Assembly (NCBI GenBank): GCA_026387835.1 | Contig: JAPLKZ010000004.1 | Span: 16,234-48,233, forward strand | Origin: Candidatus Saganbacteria bacterium | GTDB taxonomy: Bacteria > Margulisbacteria > WOR-1 > JAKLHX01 | Length of the DNA: 32,000 nucleotides | Direction: 5' to 3' | Shown here: piece by piece, positions 18,397 through 26,736 of the stretch | Position numbering within the stretch: position 1 is the stretch's first letter | Layout of the letters: each line of letters starts with the position of its first letter | The notes under the pieces: generated by a model | What the model saw: the letters and a program-made list of their open reading frames with translations, nothing else | Database searches by the model: none | Told to the model about the DNA's origin: nothing | Translations under genes and position numbers: made by a program

Positions 18397-19719
18397 CTAC
18401 ACCTCCACCTTCCCCGTCACTACATTTGAAATGATTGAGGATTTGTATTCTTGAAGCAGGGATATCGATTTGCCAATTTTATCTGCAAGAGCATCAACTT
18501 TGGACAGCTCATTCTTAATGTGTTCCGATATTTGTTCTTGGATATTTGTATCGGGAAATGCAATTCGAATATTCCCGATAAAATCCCAGCTGGCTCTTGG
18601 CATTTTTGCCCCATATGTAGAGTTGTCAACAAGTGATAAGAAGTCATCTGAAAGGACTCGACAAAAGAGATATTGTGAATTAATTTTATCCCTCCGTGGC
18701 TCCATGACAAGCAGTTCGCCGGTACAGATACCATCAAAATCCGGAAGAAGTGCTTTTGCCAGATATGGCCTTAATTTATTAAAAAGTACATCCCCAAGCT
18801 GAAATTCATTCGTTATGCTGTCTGGGTCTTGTTCAATTTCACTCTCCAAATATCGACCTGTAAAACTTTCAATGTTTTCTAATGCGAGATATTTCTTGTT
18901 GTTATCTGGGCTCTGACTTCTACGGAGATTTACAATATACTTCAACTTCTCCACCCGCCACCCCTCCGGCACTTTCCCGATCCACTCAATCCCGCTATCA
19001 ACAAGTTTGGCTTTTGAATCAAGCCCTCTTGTCACCGCCTGATTTATCACCGCCGCACGCTTTTCTTTGAGGAGCTCAATTAGCTTGCGTTTTTGTTCTA
19101 ATATTTGATCAATCAAGGCGGTTTTTTGGTCAAGGAATGAGACAATGTGCGATTGAATTTCTATAGCTTGCGTGGGAATTACTACTTGATTAATGGTTCC
19201 CCGGGAAATATTAACAAGTCCTGAGCTTGTTAGCCCCAAATAATTTATTTGCTCTCTTCCTAATACATTATTTAAGATGTAATAGAGTAACTTTGGATTT
19301 ATTTCTTTATTGACTCTGAGCCTTTGAATAAAGTTTGAAAAGACGCACCCATCACTAGCAACTTCTTTTGTGACAATAGCAGTTTTACCAATATGATACT
19401 CACTTCCACTAGATTTAACGATGAGAAGATCGCCCTCCAGCAATTTTGCTTTCTCGATTTCTAATTTGCTTAATAATCTTGTTGCAGGGTTATCGATTTT
19501 TAGATCCCCATCCATATCGATCTCAGTGGACCTTAATACAATTGTCCCCTGTCCAAGCGGATCATCATCACCCCAAACCCCACCATCGTTATTAATAAGT
19601 TTATGTATTAGTCGATCAGATTTCCACGTACCGGGAATCTTTCCAATCCATTCAATTCCTGAATCTTTGTATTCAGGATATCTTTTGTGCTGTTTTTTGA
19701 ATTTGATTGTTTGTGCCAT
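18397..19719 (-). CDS. hsdS: Type I restriction-modification specificity subunit
   Basis: Two half-molecules each begin DSGIEWIGKxPxxW. Conserved central helix FLDQKTALIDQILEQKRKLIELLKEKRAAVINQAVTRGL. Confidence 0.95.
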   Translation of the reverse strand: MAQTIKFKKQHKRYPEYKDSGIEWIGKIPGTWKSDRLIHKLINNDGGVWGDDDPLGQGTIVLRSTEIDMDGDLKIDNPATRLLSKLEIEKAKLLEGDLLIVKSSGSEYHIGKTAIVTKEVASDGCVFSNFIQRLRVNKEINPKLLYYILNNVLGREQINYLGLTSSGLVNISRGTINQVVIPTQAIEIQSHIVSFLDQKTALIDQILEQKRKLIELLKEKRAAVINQAVTRGLDSKAKLVDSGIEWIGKVPEGWRVEKLKYIVNLRRSQSPDNNKKYLALENIESFTGRYLESEIEQDPDSITNEFQLGDVLFNKLRPYLAKALLPDFDGICTGELLVMEPRRDKINSQYLFCRVLSDDFLSLVDNSTYGAKMPRASWDFIGNIRIAFPDTNIQEQISEHIKNELSKVDALADKIGKSISLLQEYKSSIISNVVTGKVEV

Positions 19720-19721
19720 AT

Positions 19722-21755
19722 TTATAACTGCTTTAATAACTCCAAAAGCTCATTCTCGACCTTCTCAATATCCGTCTCGATCTCTTCAAGTGGTCTTGGT
19801 GGGGCATATTTGTAGAAATACCTCGTCAAAGGTATCTCATAGCCCACCTTTCCGATCTTTCCGTCCTTATGATCCCTGACATTTTCGTTTATCCATGCGT
19901 CAGGAACATATGGCTTTACTTCTTTTAAGAAATATTCATGGATATCCTGGCCATACGGCACATTTTCCGTATCTCTCAACTCGCTGTCCGGCTCAATATT
20001 TCCTTCTTTATCCTTGCATGGATCCGCAGTATCATCTCTCTCTGACAACTCCTGCCAGATAATCTTAAATATATTAGCCAGAACGTTAATCTTTGACTTC
20101 TCAAGTATCCTTTCTATATCAGTTATGAATTCTTCGCGATTTTTATACAGTATCTTTGGAGCATTATCCAAGCATAAAATAATATTGTCCCTTAACCTTT
20201 GCCATTCTTTGTTTTCCTTATCGCCGGCGGCACCTTTCTTCTTGCTTGGGGTGTCATTTGAGAATGTTTTGTTTTCCTGAAGCCTTTTCATTCGTTCTTC
20301 ATTCACCTGGAAGTTAAGCTTAAGCGGCCGCTCGATCACTATCTGCCTATACGCAAAATCCGTAGTTTTTAATGTTTTTGAATGTTCACTCTCTGCATAG
20401 CGTTTGTAGATATCGTAAATATCTTTCCTGTTTGCAGGAGATATCATGTTCCTCTTATTCCCGAGCGATTTCCTCATTTTTTCATAAAATGACCTCGCAT
20501 CGATCAACTGCACCTTGCCTTTTCGTTTTGCGTCCTTTCTATTAGTCAAGAACCACAGATAAGTATTAATGCCCGTGTTATAGAATAATTGGTCCGGTAA
20601 AGCCACTATCGCCTCAAGCAGATCCTTTTCAAGGATCCATCGTCTTATTTCGCTTTCTCCCGAACCTGCATCCCCAGTAAAAAGCGGAGAACCATTTAAA
20701 ACGATCGCGATACGGGATCCGCCATCGCTCGGATTTCGCATCTTTGAGATCAAATGTTGAAGGAAAAGCAGCTGTCCGTCAGATATTCGCGGAAGACCCG
20801 CACCAAATCTGCCCGCATAACCCCGCTCCGCCTCTTTTTCGACCGCTTCCTTGTCCTTTTTCCAGTCAACACCGTAAGGAGGATTAGTCAGACAATAGTC
20901 AAATGAGGTTCCTGCAAATTGTTCGCAGGAAAGCGTACTTGCTTTTGTGTTGTCCTTGTCGCCGCCTTTGATATTATCCGGATTTTCAGCCTTTATCATC
21001 ATGTCTGATTTGCAGATCGCGTATGTTACGGGATTTAATTCCTGTCCGTATAGGTAAATGGCAGCTTTCTCATTTATATTCTCTAATATATGATCTTTGC
21101 TTACAGTAAGCATACCGCCGGTACCGCAGCAACAGTCGTAAACAGTTCTAATTTTATGTTTTTGTTTGAGCTGCTCTTTATCCGGAGCAAATAGTATCTC
21201 AACCATAACTTTAATAACTTCCCTCGGAGTGTAATGTTCTCCTGCGGTTTCGTTCGATTGCTCATTGAATTTTCTTATTAATTCCTCGAAAATATAACCC
21301 ATTTCGTGATTGCTAACCGTTTCGGGATGCAGGTCTACTTTATTGAACTCCTTTATTATGAGGTATAGAAGGTTGCCGCCTTCAAGACGCGACAGCTGTT
21401 TTTCAAAGTCGAATTTTGCAAAGATTTCCTTAACGTTGTCGCTATAACCATTTATATGGTGGCGTAAATTCTTCGCTATATTCTTCGGATCTTCAAGAAG
21501 CTTTTCAAAATCATATGGCGAGATATTGTAGAAGCCCAGGCTTGATGCCTTCAATATTGGATCAATGTTAACTTTACCTTTGTATTTATTATGCTGAGCC
21601 ATGATCTTTTCTTTTACCTTTGAAAAGATCGAGTCAAGACGTTTGAGCACGACTAAAGGAAGGATCACATCTTGATATTCATGTTGTTTCCAGCCCCCTC
21701 GCAGTAGCTCAGCTATATTCCAGATTAATCCCGCTTTTGTATTGAAATTGTTCAT
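19722..21755 (-). CDS. hsdM: Type I restriction-modification N6-adenine methyltransferase subunit
   Basis: DCCCGTGGML motif I, FDYCLTNPPYGVDW catalytic NPPY motif, AGEHYTPREVIKVMVEIL. Confidence 0.95.
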   Translation of the reverse strand: MNNFNTKAGLIWNIAELLRGGWKQHEYQDVILPLVVLKRLDSIFSKVKEKIMAQHNKYKGKVNIDPILKASSLGFYNISPYDFEKLLEDPKNIAKNLRHHINGYSDNVKEIFAKFDFEKQLSRLEGGNLLYLIIKEFNKVDLHPETVSNHEMGYIFEELIRKFNEQSNETAGEHYTPREVIKVMVEILFAPDKEQLKQKHKIRTVYDCCCGTGGMLTVSKDHILENINEKAAIYLYGQELNPVTYAICKSDMMIKAENPDNIKGGDKDNTKASTLSCEQFAGTSFDYCLTNPPYGVDWKKDKEAVEKEAERGYAGRFGAGLPRISDGQLLFLQHLISKMRNPSDGGSRIAIVLNGSPLFTGDAGSGESEIRRWILEKDLLEAIVALPDQLFYNTGINTYLWFLTNRKDAKRKGKVQLIDARSFYEKMRKSLGNKRNMISPANRKDIYDIYKRYAESEHSKTLKTTDFAYRQIVIERPLKLNFQVNEERMKRLQENKTFSNDTPSKKKGAAGDKENKEWQRLRDNIILCLDNAPKILYKNREEFITDIERILEKSKINVLANIFKIIWQELSERDDTADPCKDKEGNIEPDSELRDTENVPYGQDIHEYFLKEVKPYVPDAWINENVRDHKDGKIGKVGYEIPLTRYFYKYAPPRPLEEIETDIEKVENELLELLKQL

Positions 21756-21765
21756 TTTGCCTCCA

Positions 21766-22938
21766 TTACTTTTTAAATAGATTAATATACTCTGTTAAAG
21801 AGAATATTCTGTTTCTTGAATAACCTGTCTTTTCTTTGAATAATCCCAGTTTTTCAAACTCTTTTGCCAATGTACTCGCTGTCTGGAATGTCACAGGAAT
21901 CATTTTTCCAATTTCATGTACTGTTACCGTCGGTTTAGAGAACAGCTTATGAAGAAGCTGCTTGCCGAGCTTTTGCCGTTTTATCCCCATCCCAGACTCA
22001 ATATTATCCTCATATTTTCTGCGCAATACAATTATTTTCTCAAATGTTTCTTTCCCCTTTTTAGCTGTTTCCGCAACTCCCGAAAGAAAGAACCTAATCC
22101 ATTGTTCAAGATCATTTGAGACCCGCACCTTTGACAGGGCATCATAATATTGAATTCTATTCTTTTCGAAGTAATCTGACAGATAAAGTGTGGGCTTCTT
22201 TAATATTCCCAAGCTTACAAGATGAAGCGTTATTAACAGCCTTCCTATTCTGCCGTTGCCATCAAGAAATGGATGGATAGTTTCAAATTGATAATGAACT
22301 AAAGCCGTTTTGATGATATCCGGTATATTTGTCTTATCATTATGAATGAATTTCTCGAGATCTCCCATTAGGTCATTCAATTCATTATATTGTGGAGGCA
22401 CAAATGAAGCCTCCTCGATCGTTCGGCCACCTATCCAGTTTTGCCTAATCCTAAACTCCCCAGGATTTTTGCTGTATCCGCGAACCCCAGACAATAATAT
22501 GCCGTGTGCGTCTTTTATCAACCTTATTGAAACCGGCAGATGACGCAACTGCTCTATCGCATGGTTAATTGCTTTGATATAATTTTGAACTTCACTCCAG
22601 TCGTCCCTTTTATCAGGATCAACATCATTTTTGGGCAATAAAGCCTCATCAATGTTGGTTTTGGTACCTTCTATTTGGCTTGATTGTGTAGCTTCCTTTA
22701 AAACGTGCATTTTGATAAAAAAGTCAACATCAGGGACTAGCGTGGAATAGGCGTCAAGCTCACCCAAGTACCGCATCGCTTGTGCTAATAACAGATCGAT
22801 CTTCTTGTCCTGCCAGTCAAATGGTTGGTTTATAGATGTAGGAGTAAAGGTTTTATGCTTTCCTTGACTCTTATAATGGCCTGCGATATACTTTGAATAC
22901 TTCATAATCCGCCTTTGAATACTATTATTTATATTCAA
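21766..22938 (-). CDS. Fic family protein (class II-like, C-terminal winged-helix-like region); start probably at internal MKYSKYIAG
   Basis: [19 protein letters not shown] Fic core. N-terminal SSQIEG matches [S/T]xxxE[G/N]. C-terminal [31 protein letters not shown]. Confidence 0.92.
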   Translation of the reverse strand: MNINNSIQRRIMKYSKYIAGHYKSQGKHKTFTPTSINQPFDWQDKKIDLLLAQAMRYLGELDAYSTLVPDVDFFIKMHVLKEATQSSQIEGTKTNIDEALLPKNDVDPDKRDDWSEVQNYIKAINHAIEQLRHLPVSIRLIKDAHGILLSGVRGYSKNPGEFRIRQNWIGGRTIEEASFVPPQYNELNDLMGDLEKFIHNDKTNIPDIIKTALVHYQFETIHPFLDGNGRIGRLLITLHLVSLGILKKPTLYLSDYFEKNRIQYYDALSKVRVSNDLEQWIRFFLSGVAETAKKGKETFEKIIVLRRKYEDNIESGMGIKRQKLGKQLLHKLFSKPTVTVHEIGKMIPVTFQTASTLAKEFEKLGLFKEKTGYSRNRIFSLTEYINLFKK

Positions 22939-22988
22939 AGTATAACACTTTAGATTGAATATGTCAAGGTATATTCAAAGATTATTGC

Positions 22989-23945
22989 TCACCCAAAATC
23001 CACCACCTGAAACGCATTCGTCTCCTTCTTCCCTATATGCTCCATCGTCATATATTCTTTTCTGAAAGGGTCCGTCTGCCAGTATTTGAAGAAGGCATCC
23101 GGCTTTTTAAACTTTGAGAATATAAACCGCGCTGTTTTTGTGGCCCGGTCCATTATCGCAGGGATCTCCTTGAAATCAAAAGGATGCACATCAAAGATGC
23201 CAGGATTGATGATCCTTACTGCTATTTTTTTCTTCAAGAAGATATCATCATTGATATATCTGTTGATCTGTGAAAAAGAGGTCGTCAAATCCAGACATTG
23301 CATGAAAACGTCCATGATGTTCTTTTTGTTAAAATCCCCTTTAACTTGACCACAATAGCCCAGATCGCACGCGATAATCCTTTTAACCCCCGCAATCCTT
23401 GCCGCAACCGATATTGGGCAGTTTTCTCTGATCCCGCCGTCGGCAAGAGCCATAACTTTGTTACCAATCTTTATTTTTTTGGGTTTAAAGATAACAGGGA
23501 ATGATATTGACGCTTCAAGGGCCTCGGTCAGTCGACAGTCGTCTGTAGACTGACGACTGCCAAATATTACTTGCTTCCCCGAATTCAAGTCCGTCGCCGT
23601 AATATAGACCGGCTTCTTTAGATCTCTGAATGTCATCCCCGTGAATCCCGCTTCTTTAGCGATAAGGTCGATGGTTTCCTTTGATTCAAGCAACCCGGCA
23701 TGCGAGAACAGGTCAAACGCGAGCATCTGCGGCCATATATGCTTCTTTATAAATTTAAGCGATATCTCTTTGACTGTCTTAGGCTCGTCGTAAAGACCGA
23801 GCATCACTGCAAACACCGCACCTATCGATGTGCCAACGAAGATATCGGGGACATATCCCTTTTTATACATTTCCTCGGCAATGCTTATATGTGCGGCGCC
23901 TTTGACGAAGCCGCCGGAGAGGACGAGGGCAAGGTTATTTTTCAT
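22989..23945 (-). CDS. Patatin-like phospholipase (ORF extends to 23984; start at MKNNLALVLSGG preferred)
   Basis: LALVLSGGFVKGAAHI, GTSIGA nucleophile elbow, ALADGGIRENCPISVA catalytic Asp motif. Confidence 0.88.
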   Translation of the reverse strand: MKNNLALVLSGGFVKGAAHISIAEEMYKKGYVPDIFVGTSIGAVFAVMLGLYDEPKTVKEISLKFIKKHIWPQMLAFDLFSHAGLLESKETIDLIAKEAGFTGMTFRDLKKPVYITATDLNSGKQVIFGSRQSTDDCRLTEALEASISFPVIFKPKKIKIGNKVMALADGGIRENCPISVAARIAGVKRIIACDLGYCGQVKGDFNKKNIMDVFMQCLDLTTSFSQINRYINDDIFLKKKIAVRIINPGIFDVHPFDFKEIPAIMDRATKTARFIFSKFKKPDAFFKYWQTDPFRKEYMTMEHIGKKETNAFQVVDFG

Positions 23946-24095
23946 GATTATCTGAATTATGTAATATTTATCCGGAAATATCAATTATGCTTGCAGACTA
24001 AATATGCCTTGACTGTGCTAATATTTAAAGCTGCCATAAAAAAGTCTTAAAAAAACCGTTAAATTATCGGTATATAGTAATAAGGAGGGGTTGCG

Positions 24096-24620
24096 ATGGA
24101 TGAACAATTTCTTGATGTTTTGTTCGAGGCCGGCAAAGATGTATATCAGGAAGGCTGTTATGATGGAGCAATTGAAATATTCAAAATGGTCCTTGAAAAA
24201 GCCCCCAAAGACCGGGATGCCATGCTCTGGTTGGGTCTGTGCAGGCTTTCCGCCGGCGATAATAAAGAAGCGATATACTGGTTCAAAGAATCACTTAAAG
24301 CGCACCAATATTATTTTGATCCTCATAATTACCTTTATATGGGGTTATCATTTATTCATCTGGGTGATGTCGCAAAAGGTGTTATTTGTTCGATGTTCGG
24401 CGCGGTTTTGCTGTTGAACTGCATTGAAAGGGATGGAAGACAGGATATATGCGATTTTGTCGATATGTTGAATACTCTTATTGATGATGGGTATAATGAA
24501 TATCGCATAGTTAAATGTGCCGTATTATGCGCCGGCAAAACAGATGACATAAGACCAATAGTTAAACTAATATCTTCAATGTACGGAGATATACCGATGC
24601 CAAGATGCAAAACAGATTAG
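24096..24620 (+). CDS. Tetratricopeptide-repeat protein
   Basis: AGKDVYQEGCYDGAIEIFKMVLEKAPKDRDAMLWLGLCRLSAGDNKEAIYWFKESLKAHQYYFDPHNYLYMGLSFIHLGD. aaggagggg RBS. Confidence 0.75.
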   Translation: MDEQFLDVLFEAGKDVYQEGCYDGAIEIFKMVLEKAPKDRDAMLWLGLCRLSAGDNKEAIYWFKESLKAHQYYFDPHNYLYMGLSFIHLGDVAKGVICSMFGAVLLLNCIERDGRQDICDFVDMLNTLIDDGYNEYRIVKCAVLCAGKTDDIRPIVKLISSMYGDIPMPRCKTD

Positions 24621-24632
24621 GAGAGTGAATTT

Positions 24633-25265
24633 ATGGATGCAAATATTATCATTGAAAGAGTTGAAACAACTATTGACAAAGTAAAGGGCGAATTCAGAGA
24701 AAATGCGACTCAATATTTTACCGAAAATGATATTGTCATGTATTTTTATAGTCAGCTTCAGAATGAATTAGGATATCTTGTCGCGCTTGATAAAGACTGC
24801 AACAAACATTTCTTGGTCCATGGCGAATATCCCACGCCTGTCAAGTTGGACATGAAGGGGATTAATTGTGAAGTTAAGGAAAATAAGTCGAGACATAAGA
24901 GAGGACATTTCGATATCATAGTCCTGAACCCGGATTTTATTAATGCTCATTCATACGATGAGATAAAAGCACAGACCTTTAAAATGTTCCGCGAGATATA
25001 CGAAAATTCCGTTAAGCCTGTCGCATTATATGGATTGGAATTTATGCTAAGCAGAGATGAATTTAATTCAAAAAGTGCCGAAGAGAATTTTTGGAATAAG
25101 ACTCTTCAAGATGCGACAAAGCTTGATAAAATGCCTAAAGAGTTCATGGGGCGTAAAAAAATGCTTGCATTCATAAAGGGAACAAAAATGACTAAGCATG
25201 GATTTATTGAGAAGCAAAAGATCCTGTCGAACATCATTGAGATCATATGGGAGGATAAAGAATAA
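24633..25265 (+). CDS. Hypothetical protein, possible degenerate PD-(D/E)XK fold
   Basis: KRGHFDIIVLNP...VALYGLEFMLSR resembles D-x(n)-ExK with the usual Lys replaced by Met. Ends directly before the HD gene. Confidence 0.55.
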   Translation: MDANIIIERVETTIDKVKGEFRENATQYFTENDIVMYFYSQLQNELGYLVALDKDCNKHFLVHGEYPTPVKLDMKGINCEVKENKSRHKRGHFDIIVLNPDFINAHSYDEIKAQTFKMFREIYENSVKPVALYGLEFMLSRDEFNSKSAEENFWNKTLQDATKLDKMPKEFMGRKKMLAFIKGTKMTKHGFIEKQKILSNIIEIIWEDKE

Positions 25266-25865
25266 ATGTCTATTATTTCTAAATACGAAACTTTAAAATC
25301 TATGGTTAAGAGCCGGAAAAAGGATTTCGACGACTTCGTCAACATGCTTGAAACTGAGACGAGCTGGCTGACCAGTCCCGCAAGCACGAGATTTCACTTA
25401 AATAAAGAAGGTGGCCTTTTAGAACATAGCGTTGGCGTGGCAGAAACGCTTTTGAAGATAAAAAGCACCCTTGCGCCGGAGTTATCAGATGAAACCTGTG
25501 TAATCGTAGGTCTTTTTCACGATGTTGGCAAAATCGGTATGCCCGGCAAGCCAAGGTATATCAAAAACGAAAATGAATGGGAGACAAAAAACAGAAATCT
25601 CACATACAAGGTAAATCCAGATGAGGTATACATGAACCTCGCGGTGAGAAGCCTTTATATCGCTTCAAAATACATGCCGCTGTCTGATGCAGAAGCGCAG
25701 GCCATCTTGTATCATGACGGGCAATTCATTGAAGCAAATCACGAAGTCGCACACAAAGAAGAGCCATTGACCCTTCTTTTGCAATTTGCTGATAGTTGGA
25801 CTGCGCATATTTACGAGGATGGTCGGATGATATCAGAAGATAAGAACTACTATAAAAGAAAATAA
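25266..25865 (+). CDS. HD domain-containing protein (putative phosphohydrolase)
   Basis: LLEHSVGVAETLLKI and IVGLFHDVGKIGMP with downstream LLLQFADSWTAH, matching H...HD...D metal ligands. Confidence 0.85.
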   Translation: MSIISKYETLKSMVKSRKKDFDDFVNMLETETSWLTSPASTRFHLNKEGGLLEHSVGVAETLLKIKSTLAPELSDETCVIVGLFHDVGKIGMPGKPRYIKNENEWETKNRNLTYKVNPDEVYMNLAVRSLYIASKYMPLSDAEAQAILYHDGQFIEANHEVAHKEEPLTLLLQFADSWTAHIYEDGRMISEDKNYYKRK

Positions 25866-25906
25866 TCAGGTTTCCCGCCAAGACTAACTATTAAATCGGT
25901 GAGCAA

Positions 25907-26020
25907 ATGTCTACATCTGAGCTCATCTTTGGTTGGGTAATCGTGATAATAGGTTATGTGGTCACTCCCCTGTTGGTCGCAGTTGTAGTGTTTTGGCTTT
26001 CGTTGAAGTCTGGAAAATAA
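25907..26020 (+). CDS. Small single-pass membrane protein (37 aa), tentative
   Basis: Manual translation: MSTSELIFGWVIVIIGYVVTPLLVAVVVFWLSLKSGK*. Strong central hydrophobic helix, positive C-term. Not in the provided ORF list (too short). Confidence 0.4.
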   Translation: MSTSELIFGWVIVIIGYVVTPLLVAVVVFWLSLKSGK

Positions 26021-26023
26021 CAT

Positions 26024-26113
26024 TTCCACACCACTCTCCGCGATGGCGAGCAGGCGCCGGGTTTCAGCCTTAACACCGAGGAAAAGCTGGAGATAGCAAA
26101 ACAGATCCATTAG
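26024..26113 (+). pseudogene. leuA: Truncated 5' fragment of a leuA-family gene
   Basis: In-frame [29 protein letters not shown] with no start codon. 26030-26104 vs 26764-26838 of intact leuA is 68/75 nt identical; most differences are at third positions. Confidence 0.85.
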
Positions 26114-26126
26114 TTTTGGCTTATGA

Positions 26127-26132
26127 TATAAT
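26127..26132 (+). promoter_or_regulatory. Candidate -10 element upstream of the toxin-antitoxin pair
   Basis: tatgatataataaac contains TATAAT. Context resembles that upstream of leuA. No convincing -35. Confidence 0.3.
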
Positions 26133-26179
26133 AAACTTCAATAGATCCCCAATTCTAAGTATTAAAATAAGGAGACGTT

Positions 26180-26416
26180 ATGAATCCAAAAACAATGATA
26201 AAAGAGATCATAAACGGAGTAAAAACGCTTCCCGAAAGGCAGATGAGATCGGTGGTTGATTTCATTACATATATACGTGAAAAGGAAACAGAAGAAAACA
26301 TTTTGAACTCAAAGACTATAATCAATGCTGTAAAAAGATCAAAAAAAGCCTGGGATAATGGGAAAACCGCTGATTTTACTTCTTGGGAACAAATAAAGAA
26401 AAAGAACAATATCTGA
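26180..26416 (+). CDS. Putative antitoxin of a RelE/ParE-type module
   Basis: Small charged ORF (MNPKTMIKEIINGVKTLPERQMRSVVDFITYIREKETEE...) whose stop overlaps the toxin ATG (TGATG). Confidence 0.7.
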   Translation: MNPKTMIKEIINGVKTLPERQMRSVVDFITYIREKETEENILNSKTIINAVKRSKKAWDNGKTADFTSWEQIKKKNNI

Positions 26417-26667
26417 TGTTCAGGATCTTATTCCATAAGACCGCGGAAAAGAAATTCTCTAGACTGGATAAGCCGACGCAGAACCGCATTGCAAAAGCGA
26501 TAGATGCGATCTCGATAAATCCTAAACTCGGTACTGCCTTGCACGGCGCTCTTAAGGGAAGTTATCGTATCAGAATAGGCGATTTCCGGGTGATCTACGA
26601 AATAATCGAGAAGGAACAGATTGTTCTTGTCCATGCCATCGGCAGCCGCGGCGACATCTATAAATAG
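26416..26667 (+). CDS. RelE/ParE family toxin
   Basis: MFRILFHKTAEKKFSRLDKPTQNRIAKAIDAISINPKLGTALHGALKGSYRIRIGDFRVIYEIIEKEQIVLVHAIGSRGDIYK is a classic RelE pattern. Confidence 0.9.
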   Translation: MFRILFHKTAEKKFSRLDKPTQNRIAKAIDAISINPKLGTALHGALKGSYRIRIGDFRVIYEIIEKEQIVLVHAIGSRGDIYK

Positions 26668-26706
26668 TTATATTCCTCTGCCGCAATACTCGCGTTTTAG
26701 CTATGT

Positions 26707-26712
26707 TATAAT
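26707..26712 (+). promoter_or_regulatory. Candidate -10 element of leuA
   Basis: ctatgttataatattt contains TATAAT, about 25 nt upstream of the ATG. agaggtag provides the RBS. Confidence 0.35.
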
Positions 26713-26736
26713 ATTTTTCATAAAGAGGTAGCAATA

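Noticed and set aside
12668-22938. BREX, DISARM, or prophage interpretation of the accessory operon
   Set aside because: No PglZ, BrxC, DrmA/B, phage structural genes or integrase are visible; the core is plainly HsdR/M/S.
22989-23945. CBASS-type interpretation of the patatin gene
   Set aside because: No CD-NTase, Cap2/Cap3 or HORMA-like gene is recognisable nearby, so a CBASS assignment is unsupported.
25850-26110. 86-aa minus-strand ORF
   Set aside because: It runs antisense through the leuA remnant and the small membrane ORF. The plus-strand leuA homology explains much of the sequence.
26383-26667. Longer start for the toxin ORF at 26383
   Set aside because: The in-frame extension overlaps the antitoxin. 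The ATG at 26416, coupled as TGATG, gives the canonical RelE N-terminus MFRILFHKTAEKKF.
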